A program made the position numbers and the translations under genes. DNA of 64,000 bases. Source: an uncultured Actinomycetes bacterium. Lineage in GTDB: Bacteria; Actinomycetota; Thermoleophilia; UBA2241. Under the pieces are notes generated by a model. That model saw only the letters and a list, made by a program, of their open reading frames with translations. It was not told the DNA's origin and searched no databases. How positions within the stretch are numbered: the stretch's first letter is position 1; every line of letters begins with the position of its first letter. Positions 9,571-19,010 of the stretch are shown here, piece by piece. Where the stretch lies: NCBI GenBank assembly GCA_963725665.1, contig CAVRZA010000011.1, positions 384,001 through 448,000 of the forward strand, read 5' to 3'.

Positions 9571-10620
9571 ATGCCCGGCCGCCATTCCGCTCAGGACTTT
9601 CAGGCGCTCCACTCGTCAGCGGGGGCTGGGTTTGCCACGCCCCTGTCGTTGCGAGCGAGCGTTTCACCGCAGGATGACGTCCCCGACTGGCTGCTGGGGC
9701 GCGCTGAGGGGGCGCCGGCGCCGGCCGGCGCCGGCGCCCCCTCAGCGCGCCGCTCCTTTCTCGAGAAGACTCTGCACGCCCTGAGCGGCTTCGTCGCGCG
9801 CGGCTTCGCGACCGGCGACGTCGCCGGTCGCCCCGGCCTTCTGCAGCGCGTCGACCCACGCGTGAAGCTGGTCTCGCTGCTCGCGCTGGTCGTCGTGTCT
9901 GTGCTGGTCACGCACGTTGTGATCCTCGTGGCCATGCTGGCGCTGGCCGTTGCGCTGGCGCTGGCCTCGCGAGTCGGTCTGCGCCTCTTCGCGGCGCGGG
10001 CATGGCTGGTCGTGCCCGTGTTCACCGCGGTCGTGGCGCTCCCGGCGCTGACGAACTGGGTCACGCCGGGCGACGCGGTCGTGACGATCTGGAGCGGAGG
10101 CGCGCCGCACATCGGTCCTTGGCATCTGCCCTCGACCCTGGCCATCACGGCGCCCGGCCTGCTCGTGGCCACGCGTCTGGTGTTGCGCGTCGCGTGCGCG
10201 GTCTCGTTCGCGGTGCTTCTGACCCTCACGACGCGCTGGGACGAGCTGCTGCGCTCCCTGCGCGTGGTGGGCGTGCCGCGCATGTTCGTCGTCGTGCTCG
10301 GCATGTCCTACCGCTACGTGCACCTCCTCGTGAGGACGGCCCAGGAGATGATGGTGGCGCGTCGCAGCCGCACGGTCGGAAGGGCGAGCGCGGCCGAGAA
10401 CAGACGCTTCCTCGGCGCCGCCGTGGCGACCCTGTTCGGCAAGGCCCAGGCGACGAGCGAGCAGGTCTACGGCGCCATGGTCGCTCGCGGCTACCGTGGC
10501 GAGGTCTACACGCTCGACCGCTGGCGCCTGACCTGGATCGACCTCGCGTGGGGCATCGGCGTGGGCGCCGCGCTCGCCGCGCTGGTCGTCGCCGATCTCT
10601 CCCTGGCCGGGACCCTCTGA
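9571..10620 (+). CDS. cbiQ: Cobalt/nickel ECF transporter T component
   Basis: GLLQRVDPRVKL, MSYRYVHLL, ARRSR and AMVARGY motifs. Confidence 0.9.
   Translation: MPGRHSAQDFQALHSSAGAGFATPLSLRASVSPQDDVPDWLLGRAEGAPAPAGAGAPSARRSFLEKTLHALSGFVARGFATGDVAGRPGLLQRVDPRVKLVSLLALVVVSVLVTHVVILVAMLALAVALALASRVGLRLFAARAWLVVPVFTAVVALPALTNWVTPGDAVVTIWSGGAPHIGPWHLPSTLAITAPGLLVATRLVLRVACAVSFAVLLTLTTRWDELLRSLRVVGVPRMFVVVLGMSYRYVHLLVRTAQEMMVARRSRTVGRASAAENRRFLGAAVATLFGKAQATSEQVYGAMVARGYRGEVYTLDRWRLTWIDLAWGIGVGAALAALVVADLSLAGTL
9699..9750. repeat. Perfect 52-bp palindrome inside cbiQ
   Basis: gcgcgctgagggggcgccggcgccgg|ccggcgccggcgccccctcagcgcgc, no loop. Confidence 0.9.
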
Positions 10621-10623
10621 CCG

Positions 10624-11550
10624 ATGCTCGACGAGCGTGAAATCGCCGGCGTAGGCCGGTCTGCTGGGGAGGAGAGTGTCCCGGACGTGCCGCAGATCTT
10701 CCGGCTTTCGCGTGTCTCTTACGACTATGCGCCGGCCGTGCCGGCGCTACGCGACGTGACCCTCACCGTGTCCGAGAGCGAGCGCCTGGCGCTCCTGGGC
10801 GCCAACGGCAGCGGCAAGTCGACGCTGCTCGCGCTCCTCGCGGGGCTGATCGAGCCGGGCGGCGGTGAGCTCTTCGCCTTCGGCGAGCCGCTCACCGCCG
10901 CCCGGCTTCGCGACGATGCCTTCGCGCACGCCTTCCGGCGGCGCGTCGGCATCGTCTTCCAGAGCGCGGACGCGCAGCTCTTCAGCCCGACGGTGCGCGA
11001 CGAGGTCGCATTCGGCCCCCTCCACCTCCGCCTCGCCAACGACGAGATCGTGCGCCGCGTGGAGGACACGCTGCGCATGCTGGACCTCGACGACCTCGCC
11101 GAGCGCGCTCCCTACAACCTGAGCGGCGGCGAGAAGAAGAAGGTCGCGCTCGCCTCGGTCCTCGCGATCAACCCCGACGTGCTGATGCTCGACGAACCGA
11201 CCAGCGGGCTCGACCCGCGCACCGAGCAGTGGCTGCTCGAGCTGCTCGAGCGCCTCCATGCCGTAGGCAAGACGATCGTCATCGCCACGCACCAGATCGA
11301 CGTCCTGGAGCAGGTCGCCGACCGAGCCGTGGTCTTGGGCGAGGACCATGCGGTGGCCGCCACCGGTCCGGTCGCCGACGTGCTGGCCGACCGCGACCTG
11401 CTCCTGCGGGTCAATCTGATACACGAGCACGTCCACGTGCACGAAGGCGTGTCGCACACCCACGTCCACGCTCACGAGGGTCCCCACGAGCACGAGCACC
11501 CGGGCACGGCCTCCCTCGACTCCGGGCAGCGGCCCCTCGTGGACCGCTGA
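10624..11550 (+). CDS. cbiO: ECF transporter ATPase with a His-rich C-terminal tail
   Basis: GANGSGKS, LSGGEKK, LDEPT; tail HEHVHVHEGVSHTHVHAHEGPHEHEH. Confidence 0.9.
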   Translation: MLDEREIAGVGRSAGEESVPDVPQIFRLSRVSYDYAPAVPALRDVTLTVSESERLALLGANGSGKSTLLALLAGLIEPGGGELFAFGEPLTAARLRDDAFAHAFRRRVGIVFQSADAQLFSPTVRDEVAFGPLHLRLANDEIVRRVEDTLRMLDLDDLAERAPYNLSGGEKKKVALASVLAINPDVLMLDEPTSGLDPRTEQWLLELLERLHAVGKTIVIATHQIDVLEQVADRAVVLGEDHAVAATGPVADVLADRDLLLRVNLIHEHVHVHEGVSHTHVHAHEGPHEHEHPGTASLDSGQRPLVDR

Positions 11551-11591
11551 TACACTTGGCTCCCTCGCGGCAGGCGGGCAGCGTGCCGGCC

Positions 11592-11620
11592 TGTAACCTT
11601 GGCAGACAGCATGCCGTCTA
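11592..11620 (+). promoter_or_regulatory. ECF-type promoter, probably autoregulatory
   Basis: TGTAAC-N17-CGTCTA directly upstream of an ECF sigma gene; fits the AAC/CGT ECF consensus. Confidence 0.6.
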
Positions 11621-11676
11621 ATCTCTACAACCCGGACACACCGCCCGAGGGCTCTTACGATCTGAGCGGTTTCCAC

Positions 11677-12216
11677 GTGCCGCAAGAAGACGACGTCGTG
11701 AGGGCCATGAGCGGCGACAAAGAGGCGTTCGGTCGCCTCGTGGAGCGCTACCAGGGAATGGTCTACACGCTCGCCTACAACGCGCTGGGCACGCACGTCG
11801 ACGCTGAGGACGCCGCACAGGAGGTGTTCCTGCGCGCCTACCGCAAGCTGCCCGGCTTTCGCGGCGCCTCGGCGTTCTCGACGTGGCTCTTCAGGCTGGC
11901 CGTCAACGCCGTGGTCGACTACCAGCGCCGAGAGGGCCGGGCGCCGATACCGGCCGAGGTCCCCGAGCGCGCTAGCCTTCCCGACTCCGATGCCCTCGAG
12001 CGCGTCGGCTACGGTCAGCTTATGAGCGCGCTCGGCCAACTCCCGCCCAACTACCGTCTGCCCGTCGTCCTGCGCGACCTCTACGGTCTCGAGTACAAGG
12101 AGATCGCCCGCGTGCTCGACCGGCCCTTGGGCACGGTCAAGGCCTACGTGCATCGCGGCCGCAGCGCTCTGCGGCTGCGCCTGCAGGGCAGCGGCGTGCT
12201 CGGCGAGGAGGACTGA
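11677..12216 (+). CDS. ECF RNA polymerase sigma factor (start uncertain, 11611 or 11677)
   Basis: DAEDAAQEVFLRAYRKL, FSTWLFRLAVN, YKEIARVLDRPLGTVKAYVHRGR. Confidence 0.92.
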   Translation: MPQEDDVVRAMSGDKEAFGRLVERYQGMVYTLAYNALGTHVDAEDAAQEVFLRAYRKLPGFRGASAFSTWLFRLAVNAVVDYQRREGRAPIPAEVPERASLPDSDALERVGYGQLMSALGQLPPNYRLPVVLRDLYGLEYKEIARVLDRPLGTVKAYVHRGRSALRLRLQGSGVLGEED

Positions 12217-12608
12217 TGGACTGCGCTCGGTTCCGCGCGGCGATCCACGGCTACATCGACAGCGAGCTGAGCGACGCCGAGGTGGTCGCCTTTCAGAAGC
12301 ACCTGAGCTTCTGCGCCGGCTGTGCTCGCACCCTGCAGGAGCTGAGCGACGTGCGCTTGGCGCTGGCCGGGGCCGGAGGCGTCGAGATAGAGGCTCCGGC
12401 AGGCTTCGCCGAGCGCGTCATGGAGCGCGTCTCGAAGCTCCCCAGCGAGGCGTGGGAGGAGCTTCTGCCCGGCTGGCAGATCGGCGTGCGCGTGCCGCAG
12501 AGGTTCGCCGCGCCGCTGCGCGCCGCCATCTACTCGGGCATCGCTCTGGTCGGCTACTTCGCCTTCAGGGCGCAGTGGCAGCACGCGCGCCGGACCAAGG
12601 AAGTCTAG
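12216..12608 (+). CDS. Zinc-binding anti-sigma factor (zf-HC2) with TM helix
   Basis: HLSFCAGC (HxxxCxxC) and C-terminal hydrophobic helix; coupled to the sigma gene. Confidence 0.88.
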   Translation: MDCARFRAAIHGYIDSELSDAEVVAFQKHLSFCAGCARTLQELSDVRLALAGAGGVEIEAPAGFAERVMERVSKLPSEAWEELLPGWQIGVRVPQRFAAPLRAAIYSGIALVGYFAFRAQWQHARRTKEV

Positions 12609-12610
12609 GC

Positions 12611-13093
12611 GTGACCGCGGCGCCGATGAGCCTCGATCGCGCACAGATCGAGGCGATCATCCCCCATCGCGACCCCTTCCTGCTCCTCGACGAGGTGGTG
12701 GAGCTCGTGCCCGGCGAGCGCTGCCACGCGCGGCGCACGCTGCGCCGCGACGAGTTCTGGTTCGCCGGACACTTCCCGGCGAACCCGGTGATGCCCGGCG
12801 TCCTCATAGTCGAGGCGCTCGCGCAGGCCGGGGTTGTCACGACGCTGTCGCACCCGGCCAACGCCGGCAAGCTCGTGCTCTTCGCCGGCATCGACAAGGT
12901 GCGCTTCAAGCGCGTCGTCGCTCCGGGCGAGACGCTCGACCTGTACGTCGAGGTCACCACGGCGCGGTCGGTCGCCGGCAAGGCCAGCGTCGAGGCTCGC
13001 GTCGAGGGCGACCTGGCCTGTCGCGGCGAGCTCATGATGATGCTGGTCGATGCGCAGCAGGCGGCGCGGTCGGCGCGGGGTGAGGCGACGTGA
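12611..13093 (+). CDS. fabZ: 3-hydroxyacyl-ACP dehydratase
   Basis: IPHRDPFLLLD, GHFP..PVMPGVLIVEALAQ. Confidence 0.95.
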   Translation: MTAAPMSLDRAQIEAIIPHRDPFLLLDEVVELVPGERCHARRTLRRDEFWFAGHFPANPVMPGVLIVEALAQAGVVTTLSHPANAGKLVLFAGIDKVRFKRVVAPGETLDLYVEVTTARSVAGKASVEARVEGDLACRGELMMMLVDAQQAARSARGEAT

Positions 13094-14097
13094 ACGGTCG
13101 CGGGGTCATGAAGGGCGCCTACATCTCGGCGCTGGGCGTCCACGTGCCCGACGCGGTGATGACCAACGACGAGATCGCGCGCCTGCCGGGCATCGAGACC
13201 TCCGACCAGTGGATCACGACGCGCACCGGCATAAAGGAGCGCCGTATCGCCCGCGATGGGGAGTCCCCCTCCGACCTCGGGATCGCCGCCGCCAGGGCGT
13301 GTCTCGCCTCGCGCGACTTCGACCCCGCCGACGTCGATCTCGTCATCGGGTCGAGCCTGGTGCCCGACATGATCTTCCCCGCCACGGCTTCGGTGATCGC
13401 GGAGGGCATCGGCGCCGTGAACGCCGGCGCCTTCGACGTCCAGGCGGGCTGCGCCGGCTACATGTACGGGCTCGCGGCGGCGATCGGCTTCATCAGCGCC
13501 GGCCTGGCGCGCCACGTGCTCGTCGTCGGCGCCGAGACGCTGACCCGCGCCCTCGACTGGCAGGACCGCTCCTCCTGCATCCTTTTCGGCGACGGCGCCG
13601 GGGCGACCCTGGTGAGTGCGAGCGACAATGGGACGCGGTTCCACTTCGACCTCGGCAACGACGGCAGGGGGGCGCCCTTCCTCAACCTGCCCGCGGGCGG
13701 GACGCGGCTGCCGGCGAGCCACGAGACGGTCGACGCGCGCCAGCACTACCTGAAGATGGACGGGCCCGAGGTCTACAAGTTCGCCACGCGCAAGGTGGTC
13801 GAGTCGTGCGCCAACGTGCTGGCCAAGGCCGGTGTCGCGGTCGCCGACGTCGACCTGTTCGTGCCGCACCAGGCCAACCTGCGCATCATCGACTACGCCG
13901 CGCGCCGACTCGGTTTCCGCGAGGAGCAGGTCTTCTACAACCTCGATCGCTATGGCAACACCTCGTGCGCGTCGATCCCGCTCTGCCTCGCCGAAGCGAA
14001 GGAGTCGGGACGGCTGCAGAAGGGCGACACGGTGCTGCTCGTGGGGTTCGGCGCCGGTCTCACGTGGGGGACCTGCCTGACCACCTGGGAGCTGTAG
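13090..14097 (+). CDS. fabH: Beta-ketoacyl-ACP synthase III
   Basis: WITTRTGIKERR, AGCAG, FGDGAGA, HQAN, GNTS, GFGAGLTWG. Confidence 0.95.
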   Translation: MNGRGVMKGAYISALGVHVPDAVMTNDEIARLPGIETSDQWITTRTGIKERRIARDGESPSDLGIAAARACLASRDFDPADVDLVIGSSLVPDMIFPATASVIAEGIGAVNAGAFDVQAGCAGYMYGLAAAIGFISAGLARHVLVVGAETLTRALDWQDRSSCILFGDGAGATLVSASDNGTRFHFDLGNDGRGAPFLNLPAGGTRLPASHETVDARQHYLKMDGPEVYKFATRKVVESCANVLAKAGVAVADVDLFVPHQANLRIIDYAARRLGFREEQVFYNLDRYGNTSCASIPLCLAEAKESGRLQKGDTVLLVGFGAGLTWGTCLTTWEL

Positions 14098-14160
14098 GCA
14101 GCTGCTCGCCGCGCGGTGCCATTCCCCACTGAAGGTCCCCGAGTGAAGGTGTCTTCTGCT

Positions 14161-15102
14161 GTGAACAGACGCGCGCTTGTCTTCCCCGGTCAGGGGTCGC
14201 AGGCCGTCGGCATGGGGGCCGACGTCTGTCAGCGCTACCAGCTTGCGCGGGCGACGTTCGCCGAAGCGGGCGAGGTGCTCGGCTACGACCTCGCCCGCCT
14301 TTGCTTCGAGGGACCGGCGGAGCAGCTCGCGCGCACCGACATCACCCAGCCGGCGCTGCTCACGATGTCGGTTGCGCTTCTCCGCGTGCTCGACGACAAT
14401 GGCCTCTCCTACGGCGCGGCCCTGGGGCACAGCCTTGGCGAGTACACGGCGCTGGTGGCGACGGGGGCGCTGGCGTTCGGGGAGGCCCTCGAGCTAGTGC
14501 GCCTGCGCGGTGAGGCCATGCAGGCGGCTGCAGGTCGGCGTCCCGGCGCCATGGCGGCCGTCCTGGGCCTGGCCGACGAGGTCGTCGAAGGGCTTTGCGC
14601 GCGCGTCGGGCAGGTCTGGCCGGCGAACTTCAACGCGCCCGGCCAGATGGTGGTGAGTGGTACGGAGGAGGCGGTCGACGAGCTCGGACGGCGCGCCGGC
14701 GAAGCGGGCGCGCGCCGCGTGATCCGGCTCGCCGTGAGCGGGGCTTTTCACTCGCCGTTCATGGAGCCCGCGGTCGAGGCGCTCGACGGGCCGCTGCGGC
14801 GGGCAAGCTTCGAAGAGCCGCGGCCGGCGTTCTTCTCGACGTGCAGTGTGGCCTTCGAGAGCGGGGATCTCGCCGAGCTGCTGCTGCGCCAGATCGTCTC
14901 GCCCGTGCGCTTCGAGCAGGCGATCCGGCGTCTCGTCGACGAGGGCTGCGACGCCTTCCTCGAGGTGGGGCCGGGCAGCGTGCTGACGGGGCTGATAAAG
15001 CGCATCGACGCGAGCGTCGCGGCGCTCGCCTGCGGCGACGCCGCGACGCTCGCGTCGATGCGCGAGGCAGGCTGGACGACAAGGGGCGCGGAGGAGACCT
15101 AG
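14161..15102 (+). CDS. fabD: Malonyl-CoA:ACP transacylase
   Basis: FPGQGSQ, GHSLGEY, VSGAFHS. Confidence 0.95.
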   Translation: MNRRALVFPGQGSQAVGMGADVCQRYQLARATFAEAGEVLGYDLARLCFEGPAEQLARTDITQPALLTMSVALLRVLDDNGLSYGAALGHSLGEYTALVATGALAFGEALELVRLRGEAMQAAAGRRPGAMAAVLGLADEVVEGLCARVGQVWPANFNAPGQMVVSGTEEAVDELGRRAGEAGARRVIRLAVSGAFHSPFMEPAVEALDGPLRRASFEEPRPAFFSTCSVAFESGDLAELLLRQIVSPVRFEQAIRRLVDEGCDAFLEVGPGSVLTGLIKRIDASVAALACGDAATLASMREAGWTTRGAEET

Positions 15103-15858
15103 ATGAGCGTGTCGATCGACCTCAGCGGCAAGGTGGCGCTCGTGACCGGCGCCGGCCGCGGCATCGGGCGCGAGATCGCGCTCGCGCTGGCCGCGGCCGG
15201 CGCCGACGTGGCCGTCAACGACGTCGCCAGCGAGGACTCGTGCCTGTCGCTCGTGAGCGAGATCGAGGCCCTCGGGCCGCGCGGCCTCTGCGTGATGGGC
15301 GACGTGGGCGATGAGGACGCGGTCAACCTCTCGATCGAGCGCATCGAGAAGGAGCTCGGTCGCCTCGACATCGTGGTCAACAACGCCGGCATCACGCGCG
15401 ACAATGTCATCATGCGCATCGACCCCGCCGACTTCGACGCCGTGCTGCACACCCATCTGCGCGGGACGTTCCTCGTCTGCCGGGCCGCGTCGCGGCGCAT
15501 GCTGCGGCGCCGCGAGGGCGTGATCATCAATATCTCGAGCGTCGTCGCCCGGCGGGGCAACGCCGGACAGACCAACTACGCGGCCGCCAAAGCGGGCATC
15601 ATCGGCCTGACCAAGTCGCTGGCCAAGGAGCTCGGCCCGCGCTCGATCCGCGTGAACGCGATCGCGCCCGGCTACATCGACACGCCCATGACACAGGCCC
15701 TCCCCGACGACGCCCGCAAGGCCATCGTCGACGCGACCCCCCTGGGTACGATGGGCACGCCGCGCGACGTCGCCGACGCGGTCGTCCTTCTCGCCTCCCC
15801 TATGGCGCGATACATTACAGGGTGCGTGCTACCGGTCGACGGCGGCCTGGGCATCTAG
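15103..15858 (+). CDS. fabG: 3-oxoacyl-ACP reductase
   Basis: TGAGRGIG, NNAGITRD, GNAGQTNYAAAK. Confidence 0.95.
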   Translation: MSVSIDLSGKVALVTGAGRGIGREIALALAAAGADVAVNDVASEDSCLSLVSEIEALGPRGLCVMGDVGDEDAVNLSIERIEKELGRLDIVVNNAGITRDNVIMRIDPADFDAVLHTHLRGTFLVCRAASRRMLRRREGVIINISSVVARRGNAGQTNYAAAKAGIIGLTKSLAKELGPRSIRVNAIAPGYIDTPMTQALPDDARKAIVDATPLGTMGTPRDVADAVVLLASPMARYITGCVLPVDGGLGI

Positions 15859-15878
15859 CGCGGGCAGGAAAGGACCTG

Positions 15879-17129
15879 ATGGAGGACAAAGCAAGGCGGG
15901 TCGTCGTGACGGGTATCGGCCTGGTCACCCCCCTTGCCTGCAACACCGAGGAGACGTGGCTGCGGCTCGTCGCCGGCGAGTCGGGGATGGCCGAGATCAC
16001 CCAGTTTGACCACTCGGGCCACCTCGTGCACTTCGCCGCCGAGGTGAAGGGCTTCGACGCCGTCGACTACATGGACAAGCGCGTGGCGCGGCGCATGGAT
16101 CCCTTCGCCCACTACGCCGTCGCGGCGGCGCGCATGGCGCACGAGGACTCGGGGCTCGACGTCTCGCGTGAACCGGAGCGCGTCGGCGCCATCGTCGCCA
16201 CCGGCATCGGCGGCCTCAAGACCTTCGAGGCGCAGCTCGACGACTTGCGCAGCAACAACAAGGCATGGGACCGCATCAACCCGCTCTTCATCCCCATGAT
16301 GATCCCCAACATGGGCGCCGCCCAGGTCTCCCTCGAGCTGGGGACAAAGGGCCCGTTGAGCACCGTCTCCACGGCCTGCGCCGCGAGCACGATGGCCGTC
16401 GGCGACGCCTTCGAGCTCATCCGCCGCGGCGAGGCCGACGCCATCTTCGCCGGCGGCAGCGAGGCGGCGATAACGCCTGTCGGCATCGCCGCCTTCGCGG
16501 CCATGCGCGCCCTCTCGCGCCGCAACGACGCCCCCGAGGAGGCGTCGCGCCCGTTCGACGCCGGCCGCGACGGCTTCGTGATGGGCGAGGGCGGAGGTAT
16601 GCTCGTGCTCGAGGAGCTCGGACACGCTTTGGCTCGAGATGCGCGTATCTACGCGGAGATGGTCGGCTACGGCATGAGCTCCGACTCCTACCACATGACG
16701 GCGCCCGACGAGTCGGGCGAGCCGCAGGCGCGCGCCGTCCGCGACGCGCTCGACGAGGCCGGTGTCAGGCCCGACGAGGTCGACTACATCAACGCCCACG
16801 GTACTGCGACTGACAGCGGCGACATCGCTGAGACGAAGGTCATCAAGCTGGCGCTGGGCGACCACGCCTACGAGGTGGCCATCTCGTCGACCAAGTCGAT
16901 GGTCGGTCACTGCCTCGGCGGCGCCGGAGCCATCGAGGCCGCCTTCACGGTCCTCACGATCTCGCGCGGTGTCATTCCGCCCACGATCAACCTGACGACG
17001 CCCGACCCGCTTTGCGACCTCGACTACGTGCCGCTCACGGCACGCGAGGCCAATGTGGACGTGGCGATGTCGAACTCGTTCGGCTTCGGCGGCCACAACG
17101 CGACGCTGGTCTTCCGCCGCTTCGCGTGA
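15879..17129 (+). CDS. fabF: Beta-ketoacyl-ACP synthase II
   Basis: RRVVVTGIG, TACA, NAHGT, KSMVGHCLG, SNSFGFGGHN. Confidence 0.95.
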   Translation: MEDKARRVVVTGIGLVTPLACNTEETWLRLVAGESGMAEITQFDHSGHLVHFAAEVKGFDAVDYMDKRVARRMDPFAHYAVAAARMAHEDSGLDVSREPERVGAIVATGIGGLKTFEAQLDDLRSNNKAWDRINPLFIPMMIPNMGAAQVSLELGTKGPLSTVSTACAASTMAVGDAFELIRRGEADAIFAGGSEAAITPVGIAAFAAMRALSRRNDAPEEASRPFDAGRDGFVMGEGGGMLVLEELGHALARDARIYAEMVGYGMSSDSYHMTAPDESGEPQARAVRDALDEAGVRPDEVDYINAHGTATDSGDIAETKVIKLALGDHAYEVAISSTKSMVGHCLGGAGAIEAAFTVLTISRGVIPPTINLTTPDPLCDLDYVPLTAREANVDVAMSNSFGFGGHNATLVFRRFA

Positions 17130-18130
17130 TGGCCGTCAAGGTTGAGATCGCTCGCCGCGGCGGCGGGCGCGACATGCGGTGGGAGTGTCCCGCCTGTGGT
17201 GCCGATAGCGACCCGGCCGCCGTGAAGACCAACCTCATGGTGTGCCCGTCGTGTGGCTTCCACCTGCGCATCGGGGTGCGCGAGCGCTTGGCGCAGCTCA
17301 CAGACCCAGGTACGTTCGTCGAGCGGTGGGCGACGCTGCGCACGCTCGACCCGTTGGAGTTCGTCGACCTCGAGACCTACCCGGAGCGCGTGCGCGAGGC
17401 GCAGGCGAGGAGCGGCCTCGCGGAGGCGATCGTCGCCGGGACGGCGACGATCGACGGCGTCCCCACCGTGCTCACCGTGCTCGACTTCAACTTCATGGGC
17501 GGGAGCATGGGGAGCGTCGTGGGTGAGAAGCTGTGGCGAGCCGCCGAGGCGGCGGCGACCATGGGCCTGCCCCTGGTGTCGGTCTGTGCCTCCGGCGGCG
17601 CGCGCATGCAGGAGGGCATCCTCTCGCTCATGCAGATGGCCAAGACGACCTGCGCGGTCGACCTCCTGAACGAGGCCGGCGTGCCGTTCGTGGCCGTGCT
17701 CGCCGACCCCTGCACCGGCGGCGTGCTGGCCAGCTTCGCCACACTGGCCGACATCTGCATCGCCGAGCCGGGCGCCCGCCTGTATTTCTCGGGCCCCCGG
17801 GTCATCGCCGAGACGACGAAGGAGGAGCTGCCGCCGGGGTTCGCCTCGGCCGAACGCAACCTCGAGCTCGGACACCTCGACGCGGTCGTGCCGCGCCGTG
17901 AGCTGCGCGACAAGATAGCCGCGTACCTCCGACTGCTGCAAGGAGGTGAGGGGGATGGAAGAGGGACCTCCGCGGGACGACCGCGAGGCCGCCGCACGCG
18001 AAAGCTGGCTCAGGCAACGGTTGGCGGAGCTAAGGCACTTGCCGACATTACCAGGCGTGCACTTGACGGAGGAGATCGACAGGCTGCAGGCGAGGCTGAA
18101 GAGACTGCAGCACGAGAGCCGTCGTCATGA
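17129..18130 (+). CDS. accD: Acetyl-CoA carboxylase carboxyltransferase beta subunit
   Basis: CPAC..CPSC zinc finger, FMGGSMGSVVGEK, SGGARMQEG; C-terminal tail overlaps accA. Confidence 0.92.
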   Translation: MAVKVEIARRGGGRDMRWECPACGADSDPAAVKTNLMVCPSCGFHLRIGVRERLAQLTDPGTFVERWATLRTLDPLEFVDLETYPERVREAQARSGLAEAIVAGTATIDGVPTVLTVLDFNFMGGSMGSVVGEKLWRAAEAAATMGLPLVSVCASGGARMQEGILSLMQMAKTTCAVDLLNEAGVPFVAVLADPCTGGVLASFATLADICIAEPGARLYFSGPRVIAETTKEELPPGFASAERNLELGHLDAVVPRRELRDKIAAYLRLLQGGEGDGRGTSAGRPRGRRTRKLAQATVGGAKALADITRRALDGGDRQAAGEAEETAAREPSS

Positions 18131-18980
18131 CACCTGGGTCACCTATCAGATCGTCAAGCACAAGGACCGGCCCCGCACGCGCGACTACATCGACGCCTTC
18201 ATCGAGGGCTTCGAGGAGCTGAAGGGCGACCGCCTGCGCGCCGACGACCCGGCCATGGTGGGCGGCGTGGGCTGGTTCGACGGCCGCTCGGTAGTGGTCG
18301 TCGGTCATCAGAAGGGCCGCACCCTCAACGAGCAGACCGAGCGCAACTTCGGCATGGCCAAGCCCGAGGGTTATCGCAAGGCGCAGCGTCTCTTCGCCCT
18401 CGCCGAGAGTCATCGCCTGGCCATCCTCACCTTCGTCGACACGCCGGGCGCGTACCCGGGCGTGGCGGCCGAGGAGGGCGGCCAGGGGCGCGCCATCGCG
18501 GAGAGCATGCTGGCGATGGCGCGCCTGACCGTGCCGGTCGTCTGCACCATCATCGGCGAGGGCGGGTCGGGCGGCGCCCTCGCCCTCGCCGTCGGCGACC
18601 GCGTGCTGATGCAGGAGAACGCGACCTACTCGGTCATCTCGCCCGAGGGCTGTGCCGCGATCCTCTGGCGCGACGCCTCCTTCGCCCCGCAGGCGGCCGA
18701 AGCGCTCAAGCCGACGGCGTCACAGCTCCTCTCGCTCGGTGTGATCGACGCGGTGATCGAGGAGCCGCGTGGAGGCGCTCACACGAGCCGCGAGACGGCG
18801 GCTCGCAACGTGCGCCAGGCCGTGGTCGCGGCGTTGCACGAGCTCGACGATGTCCCGCCCGACGAGCGTCGTCGCCAGCGTCGGGAGCGCTTCCGGCGCA
18901 TGGGCGTGTGGCGCGAAGACCCGCTCGCCTACACGATCCCGGTGCCGGCTGAGCCCGGCGGTGGCCCGCCGATGACGTAG
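17955..18980 (+). CDS. accA: Acetyl-CoA carboxylase carboxyltransferase alpha subunit
   Basis: NFGMAKPEGYRKA, DTPGAYPG, GEGGSGGALA, YSVISPEGCAAILW; AGGAGGTG RBS. Confidence 0.93.
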   Translation: MEEGPPRDDREAAARESWLRQRLAELRHLPTLPGVHLTEEIDRLQARLKRLQHESRRHDTWVTYQIVKHKDRPRTRDYIDAFIEGFEELKGDRLRADDPAMVGGVGWFDGRSVVVVGHQKGRTLNEQTERNFGMAKPEGYRKAQRLFALAESHRLAILTFVDTPGAYPGVAAEEGGQGRAIAESMLAMARLTVPVVCTIIGEGGSGGALALAVGDRVLMQENATYSVISPEGCAAILWRDASFAPQAAEALKPTASQLLSLGVIDAVIEEPRGGAHTSRETAARNVRQAVVAALHELDDVPPDERRRQRRERFRRMGVWREDPLAYTIPVPAEPGGGPPMT

Positions 18981-19010
18981 ACGGCCCCCCTCGGCTCGTC
19001 GCGTCTCCGG

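Noticed and set aside
12611-18980. Type II PKS or secondary-metabolite cluster
   Set aside because: Genes match ordinary FASII/ACC; no chain-length factor, cyclase or tailoring enzymes
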